Below, in pieces: positions 62,127 to 64,000 of a stretch of DNA of 64,000 bases; positions within the stretch are counted from its first letter, which is position 1; the number at the start of each line of letters is the position of its first letter. Below the pieces are notes generated by a model that searched no databases, was not told the DNA's origin, and saw only the letters and a list, made by a program, of their open reading frames with translations. A program made the translations under genes and the position numbers. The stretch comes from Candidatus Marinacidobacterales bacterium. Lineage in GTDB: Bacteria > Acidobacteriota > Vicinamibacteria > Marinacidobacterales > SMYC01. The stretch spans positions 288,001 through 352,000 of the forward strand of contig CBDCYI010000011.1 of the NCBI GenBank assembly GCA_965224085.1. The letters are read 5' to 3'.

Positions 62127-62381
62127 TTATCGTCTTTCCTCTGTCCCTCTATCAAGACTGCCCATCCAACGGTAAACCGTGGCAATGTTCGGATGGTTCA
62201 GCGACGCGAACAGCTGCGCTTCGCGTTCGAAGCGCGCGACGACCGCTTCGGGGAGGACTTTGATCGCGACGTCGCGCCTGAGCTTCGTGTCCCGGGCACG
62301 GTAGACCTCGCCCGTTCCACCTTTGCCGATGAGCTCGAGCATCTCATCGACGCCGAGCCGGCCACCCGCAGTGAGAGACAT
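62127..62381 (-). pseudogene. Ser/Thr kinase N-terminal remnant
   Basis: IGKGGTGEVYRARDTKLRRDVAIKVLP..RFEREA...ASLNHPNIA. Confidence 0.88.
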
Positions 62382-62414
62382 TGTTGCCACGGAGGATATC
62401 ACCCCAAAGACGCG

Positions 62415-62702
62415 TCAGGATTCATTGGTGTAGTCCCAATCGGTTGACCTGCCTGTTGGAGTGGGTACGCCTTGCTCAGTAAGGTGGATTACGATTTGTC
62501 GGACGGGCCAGTTCTCTTCGACGTAGAGTCGGAAAATCTCTCGTAGCACCTCAGCTTCGGTTTCATCGACTTCGACAGACGGTGGCTCGTTGAGATCACG
62601 TCGCCGCTGGAATCGGTAGCCGAAGGGAACTTGGGAGCTGACGGGGCGACCTTGCCGCGCCCAGTACAATCGCCCCCGCCGGGTCCTCTCCAATACACTC
62701 AT
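62415..62702 (-). pseudogene. Large serine recombinase internal fragment
   Basis: ERTRRGR...AR.G...PFGY, EA.V.REIF.LY, L...GVPTPTG...W. Confidence 0.78.
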
Positions 62703-63012
62703 GGATCAAGACGCCGATGCGACAGTGGATCAGTGCGCAAGGAAAAGCGGATAGCCAGACCGGAAACGAGAACATCATGGCGAAAAGAGCCGCTGTCAGG
62801 CCGGCGAGACCGAGGTGCGTTATAATGGTGCGACAGGTCTGTGGAGGATCGGCCGATTCTGTTGCGCACCTTCACGCGTCATCAATCACTCACGGGTCTG
62901 CTGGTAGCTCAGCAGTACCCATGCGATAATGCCGCCCGTTCACACGCCGTCCGACCTCGAGCCTCCTGAGCCCGTACGCAAGCGGCAATCGTTCCTCCAG
63001 ATGGCGCAGATC

Positions 63013-64000
63013 ATGAATCTCACGCGGCGACGAGAAGAGTGGGGTGAGCTGGATCAGCGTGTCTTCGACGTCGTCGTCGTGGGCGGCGGGATCAACGGTG
63101 CCTGCCTTTATCATTTCCTTTGCGCGGCGGGTTACTCCGTTTTGCTCGTTGATAAACGCGACTTTGCGGGAGCCACCAGCCAGGCTTCTGCGATGATGAT
63201 CTGGGGCGGTCTGCTCTACATGCGCAACTGGGAATTTCTCACCGTCCGGCGACTCTGCGCGGCGCGTGACCGTATGGTACGTCAGCATGAGGATTGGATC
63301 CAAGCGCGTCCTTTTCGTTATCTCCCAACGAATGACAACGGCCATAGCAAATGGTTCGTTCGCGCGGCCCTCTATTTGTACTGGCTTCTCGGCGCGTGCG
63401 CGCGTCGTCCGCCGCGGAGCGAATCGTAGTTCCCGGAAAGAGAGCTCCTTCGGCCAGGGGCCCATAGCGGCTCGTTGGTCTACGAGGAAGCCGCTGTCGT
63501 CCCCTCAGATGCGAGATTCGTTCTCGCGTGGCTCCTGTCCCACCGCAGCACCGAAAAAAAGGCATTCAACTATTGCTCGTTGGAGGACGGCGCCTTCGAT
63601 CCATCCGATCGAGTGTGGCGCTTGGATGTCAGCGACCGGCAGCTTGGAACCATCTACCCCGTCCGGACGCGCTGGGTCGTGAATGCGGCAGGCACGTGGA
63701 CCGACACTGTGAACCACAGATTCGGCGTGGAGTCGCCCTATAAACATGTTTTCAGCAAAGGTGTCTTCCTAGGGTTACGCAAGCATCCGCGCCATGAGCT
63801 TCCCCTAATCCTCGACACGCGCTCGGATAGAGACGCCATGTCGTTCATCCCTTGGGGGGACGTGTCTTTGTGGGGCCCAACGGAGGGGTTCGTCAGCGAT
63901 CCTGAGAGCGGGTTCACCGTGAAGCCCGAGGACGTTCGGTGGCTGATCGACGAGCTCAACCCACACCTTGCGCGACGTGTCGGACCCGAAGACGTTGTTT
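63013..64000 (+). CDS. FAD-dependent glycerol-3-phosphate dehydrogenase-like oxidoreductase (frameshift near 63420; runs off the window)
   Basis: DVVVVGGGINGA, DFA.ATS.AS...IWGGL.Y, VNAAG.W.D, SKGV.L. Confidence 0.8.

Noticed and set aside
62415-62702. Prophage or ICE integrase marking an element boundary
   Set aside because: Only an internal fragment with no catalytic domain, att sites or cargo
1-64000. rRNA or tRNA genes
   Set aside because: No recognisable rRNA segments or tRNA cloverleafs found by eye

Overview
GC-rich bacterial DNA, most likely Acidobacteriota (Vicinamibacteria-like). This assignment rests on acidobacterial-type PadR/ADOP permease remnants, several Hanks-type Ser/Thr kinase-TolB remnants and many secreted hydrolases. 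Intact housekeeping genes (ppsR/ppsA, dapB-dapA-dapD, amidase, symporter, sulfurtransferase) are interspersed with many truncated or frameshifted genes and abrupt gene-to-gene junctions, pointing to genome decay and/or a patchy assembly. Two systems stand out. (1) A 2639-bp IS110 element (1314-3952) sits inside the glycine-rich-loop codons of a Ser/Thr kinase gene. Its bridge RNA can be read directly from the sequence, with guides matching both the element ends and the kinase G-M-G-D-V codons, and it carries two passenger ORFs between its left end and the bridge RNA. (2) An in-frame UGA in a UxxC motif with a SECIS-like hairpin joins two predicted ORFs into one membrane-redoxin(Sec)-GAF-like-histidine kinase (36560-38601), a candidate selenocysteine redox-sensor kinase. 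Also present are IS1634 and ISNCY elements, three toxin-antitoxin loci (one flanked by a duplicated gene end) and an unannotated 49-aa basic ORF. All protein calls come from motif recognition by eye, not database searches.
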